A DNA stretch of 63,274 bases, the filler included. It is 12 parts of 12 records of this genome, joined end to end, with 100 filler letters (N's around TTAATTAATTAA, not from the genome) between each part and the next. Parts side by side here need not be neighbours in the genome. Positions count along the whole stretch, not along the records: positions 30,669 to 36,563 come from SRR15195285_3981; positions 36,664 to 41,277 come from SRR15195285_3987; positions 41,378 to 49,607 come from SRR15195285_4006; 9 more parts are not named here. One strand, written 5' to 3'. The stretch's first letter is position 1. Every line of letters begins with the position of its first letter. The notes below the pieces were generated by a model. That model was not told where the DNA came from. It was given only the letters and a program-made list of their open reading frames with translations, and made no database searches. Below are positions 35,291-46,353 of this stretch, piece after piece. The translations under genes and the position numbers were made by a program.

Positions 35291-36563
35291 ATGCGGGTGC
35301 CGTCTGCTTCTTCGGTGTACGAGCCCCCGTCGACAGCAGGACAGGCCATCAAGCAGCTGGTGCTCCCGCTGTATCTGCCATGCTGGTTCGACTCAGTTTC
35401 GATGGGAATTATTGGGCCGGTGTTGCCGCTGTTCGTCCTGTCTCTCGGCGCGACGGAGGCCCTCACGGGGATCGTCGTCTCGACAGTTGCAGCGGGCAGA
35501 CTCAGCTTCAGTGTGCCGGGTGGTCAACTTGTGGGGCGAGTCGGAGAGAAACGCGCCATCCAGTTTGGCCTGCTGGTCTACAGTGCGCAAGCCTGGCCCC
35601 TCGCCTCACTCCTCCACAGCAGACTGGCTGCGCTGTAGCCTGTACTGACGCAGGTCCGTCGATTCCCTGTATGCCGAATGCCAGTGCTGTCGTCGCTGCT
35701 CCTTGCGGTGGCACAATCAGTGCCGGTGGTCATGCTTGCTCGGCTGCTTGCGGGCGCTGGCCAGCAAGCTTGTGGTGTTGGACGGCAGGCATTTTGTGCT
35801 GAAGCCGTTGCAACACACCACCGTGGCCGCGTCGTCGGCTTGCTCGGAGGTGTCAGTCGGATCGGAGGCATTGCAGGGCCACTAATTGGTGGCTTAATGG
35901 CGCAGCAGTATGGGTATCGTGCTGCATTTGCGCTGCAGGTGTGTTTGCATGCTTTTGTTGGTAGCCGCGTTGCTGGTAGTGTGCGCAGTATCAAGTGTGA
36001 TCATTCTCTACGAGCGCTCTGGCTCTCGTGCTGGATGGTGCTGACCATGCGTCACCAAATGCAGGCCTCGCTCAATCTCGTCGGTGTGTTGATGATCCAG
36101 CTCACGATGCCTTCACGGGTTGGGACTGCCACTTTGATAAAAGATGATCGTGGCAGAGCATCAGTGGGCAAGAACAAGGTGGCTCGAGGGAGCAGAGGCT
36201 GTTGTACGATCATGCGCGAGTACTGGCGCGCTCTGCTGACGTGCGGCGTGTTTGCGCTCTTGCTCTCCTTTCTCCGCTCTGCTCGGTGCGCAGCAAACAG
36301 CCGTTGCCTGTTCCGGTACTTCGTTGCTATTGCGCGCCTGTGCCATGTGGCTGTTTACAGTGCCCTGTCATAATCATGAGACACGGATTGTCATATCTAC
36401 TGATGCTGTTTGCGTCGAGCAGAGAGCTGATTGTTCCACTTGCTGGGGCGCGGCTTGGTCTGTCCGTCTCTGAAGTAGCAATTGCGACTGCAGTGGGCTT
36501 CGTGGTGGACTCGGTATTGCCCGTCGCTCGCTTTCCCTCTCTCTCTCTCTCTCTCTCTCTCTC
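35291..36563 (+). CDS. Major facilitator superfamily transporter, multi-exon, 3' truncated
   Basis: GIIGPVLPLFVLSLGA, motif-A-like GQLVGRVGEK, ARLLAGAG, RGRVVGLLGGVSRIGGIAGPLIGG; ends in (CT)n at the contig edge. Confidence 0.85.
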
Positions 36564-36663
36564 NNNNNNNNNNNNNNNNNNNNNNNNNNNNNNNNNNNNN
36601 NNNNNNNTTAATTAATTAANNNNNNNNNNNNNNNNNNNNNNNNNNNNNNNNNNNNNNNNNNNN
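36564..36663. other. Artificial contig spacer
   Basis: N44-TTAATTAATTAA-N44, preceded by (CT)n at 36537-36563. Confidence 0.99.
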
Positions 36664-37836
36664 GGACCCAACCGGCCGAGGTGTTGAAGGAGCTATACTA
36701 GACGCTCCACTGTCGAAGAAGAAGCAGAAGAAGAAAAAGAAGAAGCGCAAAGTGGGCAGTGCAGCAGACACGGAGCTCAGCAGTGCTCTAGAGATCGCAG
36801 AGGAGGTCGCTGCTCGCCGTGATAGCGAGCAGGAAAAGGTCGTGAGCAAGGAGGAGTCAAAACGAGCGTGCGTCTGCCGGCGTGCTTGCTTTCCTGTTTG
36901 CGCCTGTCTTTAGCTACGACTCACAGCCCATATGCATAACATTGAGGAGCGGATGTCTCACAACAAACTTTAATATACCCTGAAAATGGGCGACTGGCTG
37001 GAGGCTCCCCTGAAAAGGGCAGTGACTCCTACCTCGCTGGATATTGACGATACCACACCCTGAGCTGATCCTTGCATATGCACCTGATCACTTCCAACAG
37101 CTACCTACGCAGTCATCACCGCGGCTTGTCCAACTCACTCATGCGCATGTTCGTCTGTGTCTGGTCCATCGAGTACAGTTGGGAAGAAGAGCAGAAGAGT
37201 AAACAACGTGAGAGAAAAGCTCGGAAGAAGGAAGCGAAGGCCGCTCTTGTGCAGGAGCTGCGTCGCAATGGACAGGGCTCCCAAAAGGCGCGCGGGCAGG
37301 CCAAGGAACAAACAAACGAGGATGGGGGCAAAGAAGATGCAACAGCAGGGCAGAATGACGCGGATGTCGTCACGATCAACAACAGAAAAAACAGACGGGC
37401 GACAAAGCAAAACGACACCGACACAGAGATGGCGGCGCTCCCGCCGAAGAAGCGAAAGAAACGCGATGAGGGTGACGATCGAGCAACGACAGGCAACGGC
37501 GAATCAGAGCAAACACCGAAGAAAAAGAAGAAGCAGAAAAAGACTCCGGAGGCTGACGTGAGCGATTTGATCAGCGCAAACAGCAAGAAAGGCAAGAAGA
37601 AGAGTCAAAAGGCAAAGAAGGACAAGAAGGAGAGAAAGCAGAGGAAGGAACGTGTAGACTCGTCACACAGTGGCCCAGAATCACCCACACAACCGAAAGG
37701 TAAGCGTGGATCGGACGGGATACTGAAAGAACCTCGGAGCTCGGGGAAGCAACTCAAACGAGTGTCCTTTTCGCCGAAGCCGCAGACGAAATCGATTCCC
37801 GCTGTCCCGTACACTCGCAACAAATGGTTGTGGTGA
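36664..37836 (+). CDS. C-terminal part of a Lys-rich, probably nucleolar protein with PP1-docking motifs
   Basis: Poly-K tracts; intron at about 36868-37100 (GTGCGT...AACAG); GILK followed by KRVSF near the stop. Confidence 0.6.
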
Positions 37837-38159
37837 CATTTGCGTGATCGCACCGACGTGGGATGACGATGAGTGTAAACTTGTGGCGACGGGTGCCCAG
37901 AGTGGCTACGCTGACATCTTTACGGAGTGGATGAGACAATGCATTTGCATTTAGCATAAATCCGTTCAGCCGCCTGATTTTCCTTGTCGGACTCGCTTGG
38001 ATCAACGACTGCGCACCCGGACACATAGACTAAACAAGGTTGGCTTCCCCGCTCTTGTTGCGTACATAACTGCTGCGATTTTCGATGGCGACTGGCAGAG
38101 ACTAGATTCCCGATTGGTACTTGCCACCCAACCGGCATGGGTATCGATTGCAAACTACA

Positions 38160-41100
38160 CTAATCGCAGCAGAAGTCGAAGATGTCGCCTGTCAGCACCA
38201 TCGTGACATTGTAGAACGCTTCGCGACGCAAAAAGTTCGTCATTTCTGCCGGAGTCAGAACCTTAGTCATGAACTCTTTATGCTCCGGTGGGTCAAAGCA
38301 TGCCATAAGCATGTTGACTGTCACCTGCACGCACCCACACATGCACGCACACGCGCAGACGCGCAGACGCGCAGATGCGCAGACGCACACACGCACACAC
38401 GCGCACACTGAGTCTGGATGTGAGAGTACTAGTCCAGTGGTGTGTTGTAGCCTACCGGTTCGTTGTTGCGGAACTTCTGGCAGACGACGCGAGGAATCAG
38501 CTGGTCAAAGCTCGCCACGTGCCGCGGCTGTGGCACAGATTTTGCAATGTCTCCAAGCTCCTGCATTTCGTCTTTGTCAGTAGGCACGCGTGACACCGCT
38601 TTCGTCAAGTTCGGGGCCCGTTCAATGATGAAGTTGCGGAGAGCTTCAGAGTCGTAAGTGTCGAATTCCGCCCTGTGCACCTGGTACTCTTCTTCCACCT
38701 TCTTCAGCAGTTTTTGCCAGAGTGCTAGCTCTGTGATGCCGACACTACCATCCAGCACATAGCAAAGCATATGTGTGCAGAGTGCAGCACGGGATTCCTC
38801 TAGCGTGATCTCTTCAAAACTCTGCAAAAAGAGTTCCTCGTTATCAATGATGCCGCTTTGCCGCACAGCCTTGCTCTTCTTCATGTTGAGATAGTTGACG
38901 GCGTGTCTGAGCAGGATCTCCATTGTCGGAAATAGGGCGCCATGCTTGACGATGGCGACACCGATCGCTCGCAAAATCTGTTCGCGGGCCTTTTCCGATA
39001 AGGACGCTGGGTTTTTTTCGTAATCCGGACAGAACTTGTCCATGATTTCGTTGAACACTTCCACCGACTAAGGACATTCACAGCAACAATTTTTAACCGA
39101 GCTCCTGGCTTAGTCCGGTCGAAACGCGCATGTGGAACTTACAGTGGTTACCCCAATAGCGCGAAGCTCTGCACCTTTCATAATCACGTGGCACATCATA
39201 GAATCCCACATCGCGGTCGCCAGCATCGTGCCAAGGTACGGTTTCAGCCATGTGGCGGTGTCATACGCTGCAGTCCGCCCCACGATTTGCTTGAAGAGAG
39301 TGCCGGTGATGACCACCTTACCCTTGATCCACGCGCCAGTCAAAATGTTTCTCCATAGCGGACGCTCACCACCTGCGCCCCCCTGGTTTGCTTCGACCCC
39401 CATGGTCTCGTCGTCTGGGTCACCGAGCTCGAACGCGGCGCGTACCTGTTTCCAGCGTGCGCTGTGTGAGAAAGCAAGCCTACAGCGAGCAGAGCACATG
39501 CAGACGGATTTTGTGCACTGTAGATGTACGCACAAGCATGTTGGCGACAAATGCTCGGTCTGAGTTTAGTGGCGTGAGCCGCAAGTCGAGAGCCCACGAC
39601 ACACGCACGGCACTGCGCACAGCAGTGTACATCAGAAGACTGAGCTCAAATGCTATGCCGATGATGATGCCGGTCAAATTCAAAGCCCAGAACATCCCCA
39701 ACGCCTCGTGGTTGTGGTCCCATGTCTTCATCAGCGGAGTACAGATATCGTCGCACGTTTCTTCCTGTGTAATGATGTTTTTCTTGCAATCGCGGTCGTC
39801 GTCGTGCCACAGGCCTCCAGCAGTGGTGCTGCCGTTCAGAGCGAGGTACTCAGTATAGTTGTCAGGAATGGACACGCAAGTGCCCGCAGGGCATCGGCCT
39901 TGCTTTGGTGGCGGCCCGTAGTCCTTCACCCAGGTCCAGGTCGGGCTGTTCTCCGCGAGCGTCAGCTCTTCCGTCGTGCCCCACGGTGCCAATTCTGGAT
40001 CACCAATGGTTTGTGTGCACATCCAGTATGCATCATTCACACCGTCTGTCTCGAGCGTATAGACCAGATAATTTTCGAAAAGGCCCGGCCAAAACGTGAA
40101 GAATGATCCGATGAACAGCGCCTGGAACACGCACCACCAGTGCGTACTGAGGATGTTCTTGCGTTGGACATCTGTGAGATAGTGCAGCCTGCCGTTGCAA
40201 GCCTGCCCGAGGGTCTCCCTGATCTGTTGCCGATCTGGAGGCGGCTTCTCCATTGTCCTGAGCATGTTGACCCCAGCCTTCTCGAGTCCACTCATCTTAT
40301 CAAAAATCAGATTTTCCTGCTCTTCGTTGATAGGCGAATCGATAAGCAGCGACAGCAGCTGAAAACGGTTTGGAACATCCAGCGGAATTGTGCTGGAGAG
40401 TTTCGGGTCCTCCCTGACAGTGATCATGCCTATCACGAACTCCGAAAAAGGAATCCACTCTTTGCCACTAGGATTGAGCACGTCCCATACCGCACGGACG
40501 TCCTCGGGCTGCACGTCTGCGCCAGGGTTCATGCTGATGATTACCATCTCGAGTTCCTCCAGCTCTAGCTGGTTATCACCGTCGACATCGGCCGTGTCAA
40601 ACGCCTCGCGCAATTTTCGCATGTCTTCGGCCCTCTGTTGCCAGTCATCGGGCAGGAACTGCGCGAGTGCCCCCGAGCGCATCAAGAACACATATTCAGT
40701 AAAGTCCAGCTCTTCTTCCTCCTCCTCCTCCTCCGCCGCCAGAGCATTCGCGATGTCCTTAGCGCTACCGTGCACCTTCGCGTCCTTGGTTTCTTTCCCT
40801 GGAACCCCCGGAATCAGGTCTGCCCCAGGTATATGGGACACGACATCCGTAGCGAGGTGGATCGACGCAGCTGCGGTCTTGGCTGTGAGTTCCACAGGCA
40901 GAAGGAGGACTTTGAAGCCCCGCTTCACCAGCCCCCCACGGCCGCGGCCCAAGCCAGCGGTCCCCGCCTGTGATGGCGCCCCAAAACCTTCCGGCAGACC
41001 CTCCTGCTTCAGGATCCACGCCGAAAAGTCGTCGAAATCCATCTCACCGTCCTCTCCCAAATCAGCTTGGGTGATTTCGTCAGCTTTGAAACCGTCCTTG

Positions 41101-41277
41101 CTCAGTGCCATGACGACGTTCTTGAGCTCCGCCAGGTCCATCGTGCCGGAACCGTCGTCGTCGTACTCGTCCCACAGCCGTTTGCACCTGGCAACGTTCT
41201 CGGCATCTGCCATCTGCTTCCAGGCGAAGAAGCCATCCTTGGCGTCGTGAATGGCCTGTGTGACATCCTCGTCCGAC
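38160..41277 (-). CDS. EF-hand membrane protein, multi-exon, 5' possibly truncated
   Basis: EF loops DDDGSGTMDLAE, DLGEDGEMDFDDF, DVDGDNQLELEE; TM-like ALFIGSFFTFWPGLF and FWALNLTGIIIGIAFELSLLMY; downstream exons VRAAFELG..., VEVFNEIM..., VTVNMLM...CCD*. Confidence 0.78.
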
Positions 41278-41377
41278 NNNNNNNNNNNNNNNNNNNNNNN
41301 NNNNNNNNNNNNNNNNNNNNNTTAATTAATTAANNNNNNNNNNNNNNNNNNNNNNNNNNNNNNNNNNNNNNNNNNNN
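41278..41377. other. Artificial contig spacer
   Basis: N44-TTAATTAATTAA-N44, followed by (GCC)n. Confidence 0.99.
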
Positions 41378-41485
41378 GCCGCCGCCGCCGCCGCCGCCGC
41401 CGCTGCTCCTTTCGCGCTTTTCTGTGAGCGCTATCACTTACACCGCTTTGTTTCTCCGTTCCTCGCGCGTGCGTTGTTGCCACAG

Positions 41486-42095
41486 ACGCGGGTATCGACT
41501 ACGCGCTCCTCAAGTACGCAGACGCCGAGAACGCGCTGTCCGCTGCAATCCCGCTCGATATCAACGCGGCGACCGGCGGCTGCGTCCTCGTGCTGCTCGC
41601 TGGCGTGGTCCAGTCGCTGATGGGCTCTAAGACCAACTGGGCTCGCCTTGAGTACAACGTTCCGTGGCCGCACACCTTCGCGCTCGAGAAGAACAAGGAC
41701 AAGCTCAAGTTTGACATGGTCCAGAGGGCCCACCTCAACTTCGTCGAAAACTACCCGCAGTATCTGGCTACTGCGTACTTTGCGCTCCAGCTGGCGCCCA
41801 CTCTTGCCACGCTCTTTGGCTGCTTTTTCCTGCTCGGCCGTGTGGTCTTTGCACTTGGCTACTACTCTGGTGACGCGACCGCGAAGAACAAGGTGCGCGC
41901 CGGTGCCCTCACACGCAGCGCATTGTGAAGCACTCCGCAGAAGGCAGCTCCCGCAGGCAGGTTATGCAGTCTTTCGAATCTCTCACATTGCGTGGCTGTG
42001 AACAGGGCGCCTTCGGCTACATGCTCGGAAAATTCCCGATCGACGGGCTCTGCATCCTGTGGCTGCTCGTCAACCTCAAGCTGCTCGAACTCTAG
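41486..42095 (+). CDS. MAPEG family protein (microsomal glutathione S-transferase 3-like), 5' partial; intron 41893-42005
   Basis: ARLEYNVPWP, FDMVQRAHLNFVENYPQY, LLGRVVFALGYYSG...K|GAFGY. Confidence 0.88.
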
Positions 42096-42235
42096 CTTAA
42101 TTGTAGCGGGGTGCACCGGCGCAGGCAAGTTAGCGAGAAGGTCAGGTGAGCACTGTGACGTGGAGCGCCAAAGTAGCGAGTGCAGTGAAATGTCCTTGCG
42201 TTCATACCCTTGTCTGACTGTTAAAAGACTGAGCT

Positions 42236-43279
42236 CTAGCCAGCTGAGCCCTCTCGCCTTCGCCTACGCTGCCGCTCTGCCTGGGCTGCACGCTTCTTCT
42301 CCGCCCGTTTTGCACGCGACCACTGCTCAGGTGATCGCCACACATGCACTTTCGGAGCCCGCATCTCGTACACAACGCTCTGCCGAGACGATGCGCCAGA
42401 CGGCACTACTCGGTGTGGCGTGGCTGTCAACGGCGGCCCATCATTTGCTAGGCACCAGTCAGCTAGCAACTGGTTTACGAAGCATATCAAGTTGCCACGA
42501 AACCGAGTCTCACCCACCCACTCGCCACTCTCGCGATCGAGCAGCTCCAGGCCCTCGACTTGCGTGGCGCTTACGTACTTACACGTAAAGATCCCTGGGT
42601 CGACGTGCTCGCTCATCCCAACAGCGTCGCATTGGTCACAGTCTGTCGTCAGGCAAGTCGACTTGTTCCGTTGGCAGCCACCGTAGTTGAATAGATCGAG
42701 AACAGACGGATCGCCCCGCTTCGTGCTCTCCTGCGACCACAGGTCAAGCAGGTCTGGAGCAGTGGACCGCAGCAGCATCTCGCTGAGCTCCTGCAGCAAC
42801 CCACCCGCACTCTCGACCGCAGGGCGCAGGTCCGGCAACGCAGCAGCTGGCCAGCGCATGCTTTCGATCGCAACACGGTCCAGTACGACGTGGAATTGCT
42901 CGTGGTGCTGCCGGCGCTGTCCCGTGTACGCTGCGCTGCAGGCCGCGGGCCGCAGCCGCAGCCCAGTGCACGATAGCTGCAGCTCCGGCAGCCGCGCAGG
43001 TGCCACAGTGGCCATCGACGCCTCTAGACGAGCCTTGGTTGTCGGTGACAGTGCAAACAGCTGCGTCGTAGCACGGTCAATGCTTCGCATCGCCTGCAGC
43101 AGCTCAGTCGTTGGGCCCACAACCACGTAGCCGTGGCGCAGCAGCTGCTCAACTACCGCGGCCCGAGCTTCGTCGCTGCCAAGCGCGGCCTGCAGCACAG
43201 GCTCTGTGGCCAGACCAGGGTACGCGATGTCGCTAGCCACATCAGTGAGGCACACAATCAGCAGCACCAGGAACAGCAT
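42236..43279 (-). CDS. 2-oxoglutarate/Fe(II) dioxygenase (IPNS-like fold) with signal-peptide-like N-terminus
   Basis: LLRHGYVVV, HVD (HxD), EGLELLD, TPHRV, RQSVVYEMR (RxS). ATG 43279 begins MLFLVLLIVCLTDVAS; an upstream in-frame ATG exists at 43414. Confidence 0.82.
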   Translation of the reverse strand: MLFLVLLIVCLTDVASDIAYPGLATEPVLQAALGSDEARAAVVEQLLRHGYVVVGPTTELLQAMRSIDRATTQLFALSPTTKARLEASMATVAPARLPELQLSCTGLRLRPAACSAAYTGQRRQHHEQFHVVLDRVAIESMRWPAAALPDLRPAVESAGGLLQELSEMLLRSTAPDLLDLWSQESTKRGDPSVLDLFNYGGCQRNKSTCLTTDCDQCDAVGMSEHVDPGIFTCKYVSATQVEGLELLDRESGEWVGETRFRGNLICFVNQLLADWCLANDGPPLTATPHRVVPSGASSRQSVVYEMRAPKVHVWRSPEQWSRAKRAEKKRAAQAERQRRRRREGSAG

Positions 43280-44081
43280 GGAGAGCCACCGACCTCTCTC
43301 GGGGCCGCGAGTCACCGCGCGTGTATAGTACGTACTTCGGTCACGAGCGCTCCCTGTCACGCAGCGGCTCCGCAGCGGCTCCGCCCACGCGACGTCGTCG
43401 TCAATTTCCCTCATTTCTGCAGGTCGTCATAACCGTCTCAGCAGCTACCTACATGCTACAACCTAGAGGCACGTATCGAACGTATACACTCTAGCTGTAG
43501 AGTACGGTACCGAGTACCTCGTGTTTCGCTGCGTGCGCCGCGTGTGCGACTACGTGGTACGTGCGTCCACACTCGGGTAGGAAGTTCCTACTCCGCGCCG
43601 CGTGATGATAGTATAATAGTAGCGATGCCCGGTGCCCCGGTCAGAAACATGCATACCTTGTCAACGGCGGCAATCCGCTCAGGAAGATAGTTAGTAGATA
43701 CACGGTACGGTAGACTGACTGGGATCCGTTGACTGGTGCAGCAGCACCAGCAGATTCCTATCAAGAACCGACAACCTACCCGGCGGGGGCCGGCCGATCG
43801 CTCGGTTGACACGAGAACCGACAACCTACAGGGGAACTGACAACCTGCTAGCGCGCAGGCGCCGGCCGATCGGCGATCGCGGCGCCGCGCGCCCGCCGGG
43901 CCGCGCGCCACGCAGTACGCGGTACGGTACGCGTAGGGACTGAAGGCCTCCCACAGGGTGTGTACAGCAAGAGAAACGCCGCAGTTGCACTTGGTGTGAG
44001 CTGCAGCTCAAGCTGGGTGGAGCTGGGCTAAGGAGGGACGTGGCGACCGCGAGAGCGCCCAGTGATACACGCGTTGACTAG

Positions 44082-45217
44082 GAAGCTCAACGCGAGACGA
44101 AACTGGTTTGGATGCGGAGCTGGGGGCAGTTGAATGCCTGCCGTGCGAAGCCGGGCAAAGTGACCACGATAGCACAACGTATGGATTGCCGCCTTCAGCT
44201 CCAGAAAATCCAGAAGTTCCAACGAAGTACAGTGTTGGTGGGGCTATTTGCATAGCTCAGGGCTCACTGCACATAGGGCGCAGCACCTTCACATCGAATG
44301 TTGCTGTCTTCGGTTGGTCCATTTTTGCAGGAAGACAAGAGATCCATCTTGACACCGATGAAGACTCCGAGACTGCTGACGCAACACTTGACCTTCGATC
44401 CTGCTCATTCACTGCCAATGATTCGTATCTAAAAGCCGAGTATCTTGATGATTGGGAGCGTTTGTACGAGTTTTCTCGCCACTACACTGGGTATGCTAAA
44501 GAGGATATCGTCCTTTCAAGTGGCGCTCGGGGAGCTATTGTGAACACAACGTTCACGCCGTTCAGCGTTTCGTCGGTTCGCATCAGTTATCCGTCAGGAT
44601 GTCAGCAGCACCCGTGTGGCGTCGGCGAGGCTTGTGTTTACGAGAACTCCTCAATTTTCTGCCTACCATGCACCGGCTATACGGTCGGAAGTGACGGGCG
44701 TCTGTGCACGCCTTGCCCCAAGTCTACCGGACCCAACGCCGATCGATCTGAATGTGTCAGCTGCCCCTTGGGACAGGCTTCGCCGCGTGGTGTTTGTGCA
44801 CCTTGTGGTGGTGATACTATCCCTAATGCCGCAGCAACCGCGTGTGTGAAGTGCCCTGCCAACAAAACTGCAGTTGACGGTGCGTGCGTTCTGTTGCACG
44901 TAGCGACACCTGCTGCGACAGCAAAAACGGAGGCAATTGCTTGCAGTAGTGGCAGCAGCGACATAAGCACTGTCACGCTGGTGGTTTCATCGGTCGCGGC
45001 ATTGCTTGCTGGCGTTGTGCTCACGACAGTCGCAGTCAGAGCAAAGCCAGACTTCTTTGACCTCGAGGTCGATCTTGGGCATACCGTCGCTCTGGCTCGG
45101 AGTGGTGGCAAGGGAGCCATACAGGCCGGCTCATGTGAAATGGGCGCCGGGAAGAAGACAGCCAACCCTCTGTTAGACGACGCATACGACGACGAAGTGG
45201 AGCAGCCACGATTGTAA
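44082..45217 (+). CDS. Cys-rich single-pass membrane protein (beta-helix GGAI motif plus ephrin-receptor-like Cys repeats); start unresolved
   Basis: GGAICI...STFTSNVA; repeated CxxCP units; TM VTLVVSSVAALLAGVVLTTVAV; cytosolic NPL motif. No in-frame ATG near the 5' end. Confidence 0.6.
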
Positions 45218-46353
45218 ATGAAAGGCGAGTCGTTTCACGCCTTTAACACCGGTGTCAAAAAGTTACAAAGGCTCACACAGACCGTCCAGGTTGAAGTCTA
45301 AACGTACTGTACACGACGTACAGGCTTATTCGTAATTGGTCCACGCATCGGAACCCAGGAAACAAAAACACTGCCTCTGTTGTAAACAGTCTTCGTAAAC
45401 CGCAACATGATCAACGTCAGTACATCTAGCCACCACGCTGCCGCACACACGATATGGAATGCACCTTGTCCTCCAGCAAGCTGCGCACGCACGATTGGGC
45501 AGAAAAGTGCGGGTCGTTCTTTTCGGCCTCGTAGATCTTGCCGAGGTAGTTGTAGATGGACTCAAAATGTTCATCCAGATCCGACAGGCACTTCAGTTTC
45601 AGCTTCTTCAGCCCACTGATCATAGCTCCAGTCAAATCGGTCACAGGAAAACTCTAAGAAGGCATCGGAGCTGCGGCGTGGTTTCGTTCAGCCGACCACA
45701 AGAGAGCTTTTAATTGGCACAAACAGCTCTTGTAGATCTAGCGCCACAAACTAGCCGTGGGGTGCCTTCGCCGTGCGGTAGCGGACTGTTGCTTACAGCT
45801 TGGGCATCGCTGCAGTCGCATTGCCCACGATGGCGCTCGAGCGATAGTCGCCCATACCGGCAGCAAAAGAGAGTCGACAGGGCGTTGGAGCAGGTGGTTG
45901 AAGCTTTGGTTCAGCGATTGAAGAGGGAGCGTGTTTGTTTTGCAAATAAGAAAAGTGGACTGTCAGGTACATCATGGAAGATCTGTGGCGATCAGTGTCG
46001 TTCGGGAAAAGTGTTGAGGATGAAGAGGACAGTGTGACGATGGTAGAAGAGATGCTAAAGGATGCTCGGAAGAAGAAGACACAAAAGTCCGAGGAGAACA
46101 CACTCAGCCACGAGTCTTCCCAGAGAGCTGTAGACAATGTCAACCAGCTCATAGAGGTCTACAAGTACCAGCATGCCGCCGACACGCACTGGTTTGCTTC
46201 ACACTCGTTGCTAGCTTTGCGCAGAAGGTGAAGATGGCGGTGAAGAGAACGACGAGGGCGATGAAAAAAATTGGAGAAACCTTGTGCCACTACTAGCAAC
46301 GGTACGTTTGGACCTAGGATCGTGTTGTTTGTCACGTTGACGTACATCTCTCA

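Noticed and set aside
45296-46313. 12-bp imperfect inverted repeat (GTCTAAACGTAC / GTACGTTTGGAC) bounding the low-GC interval
   Set aside because: Does not extend, has no target-site duplication, and is compatible with chance
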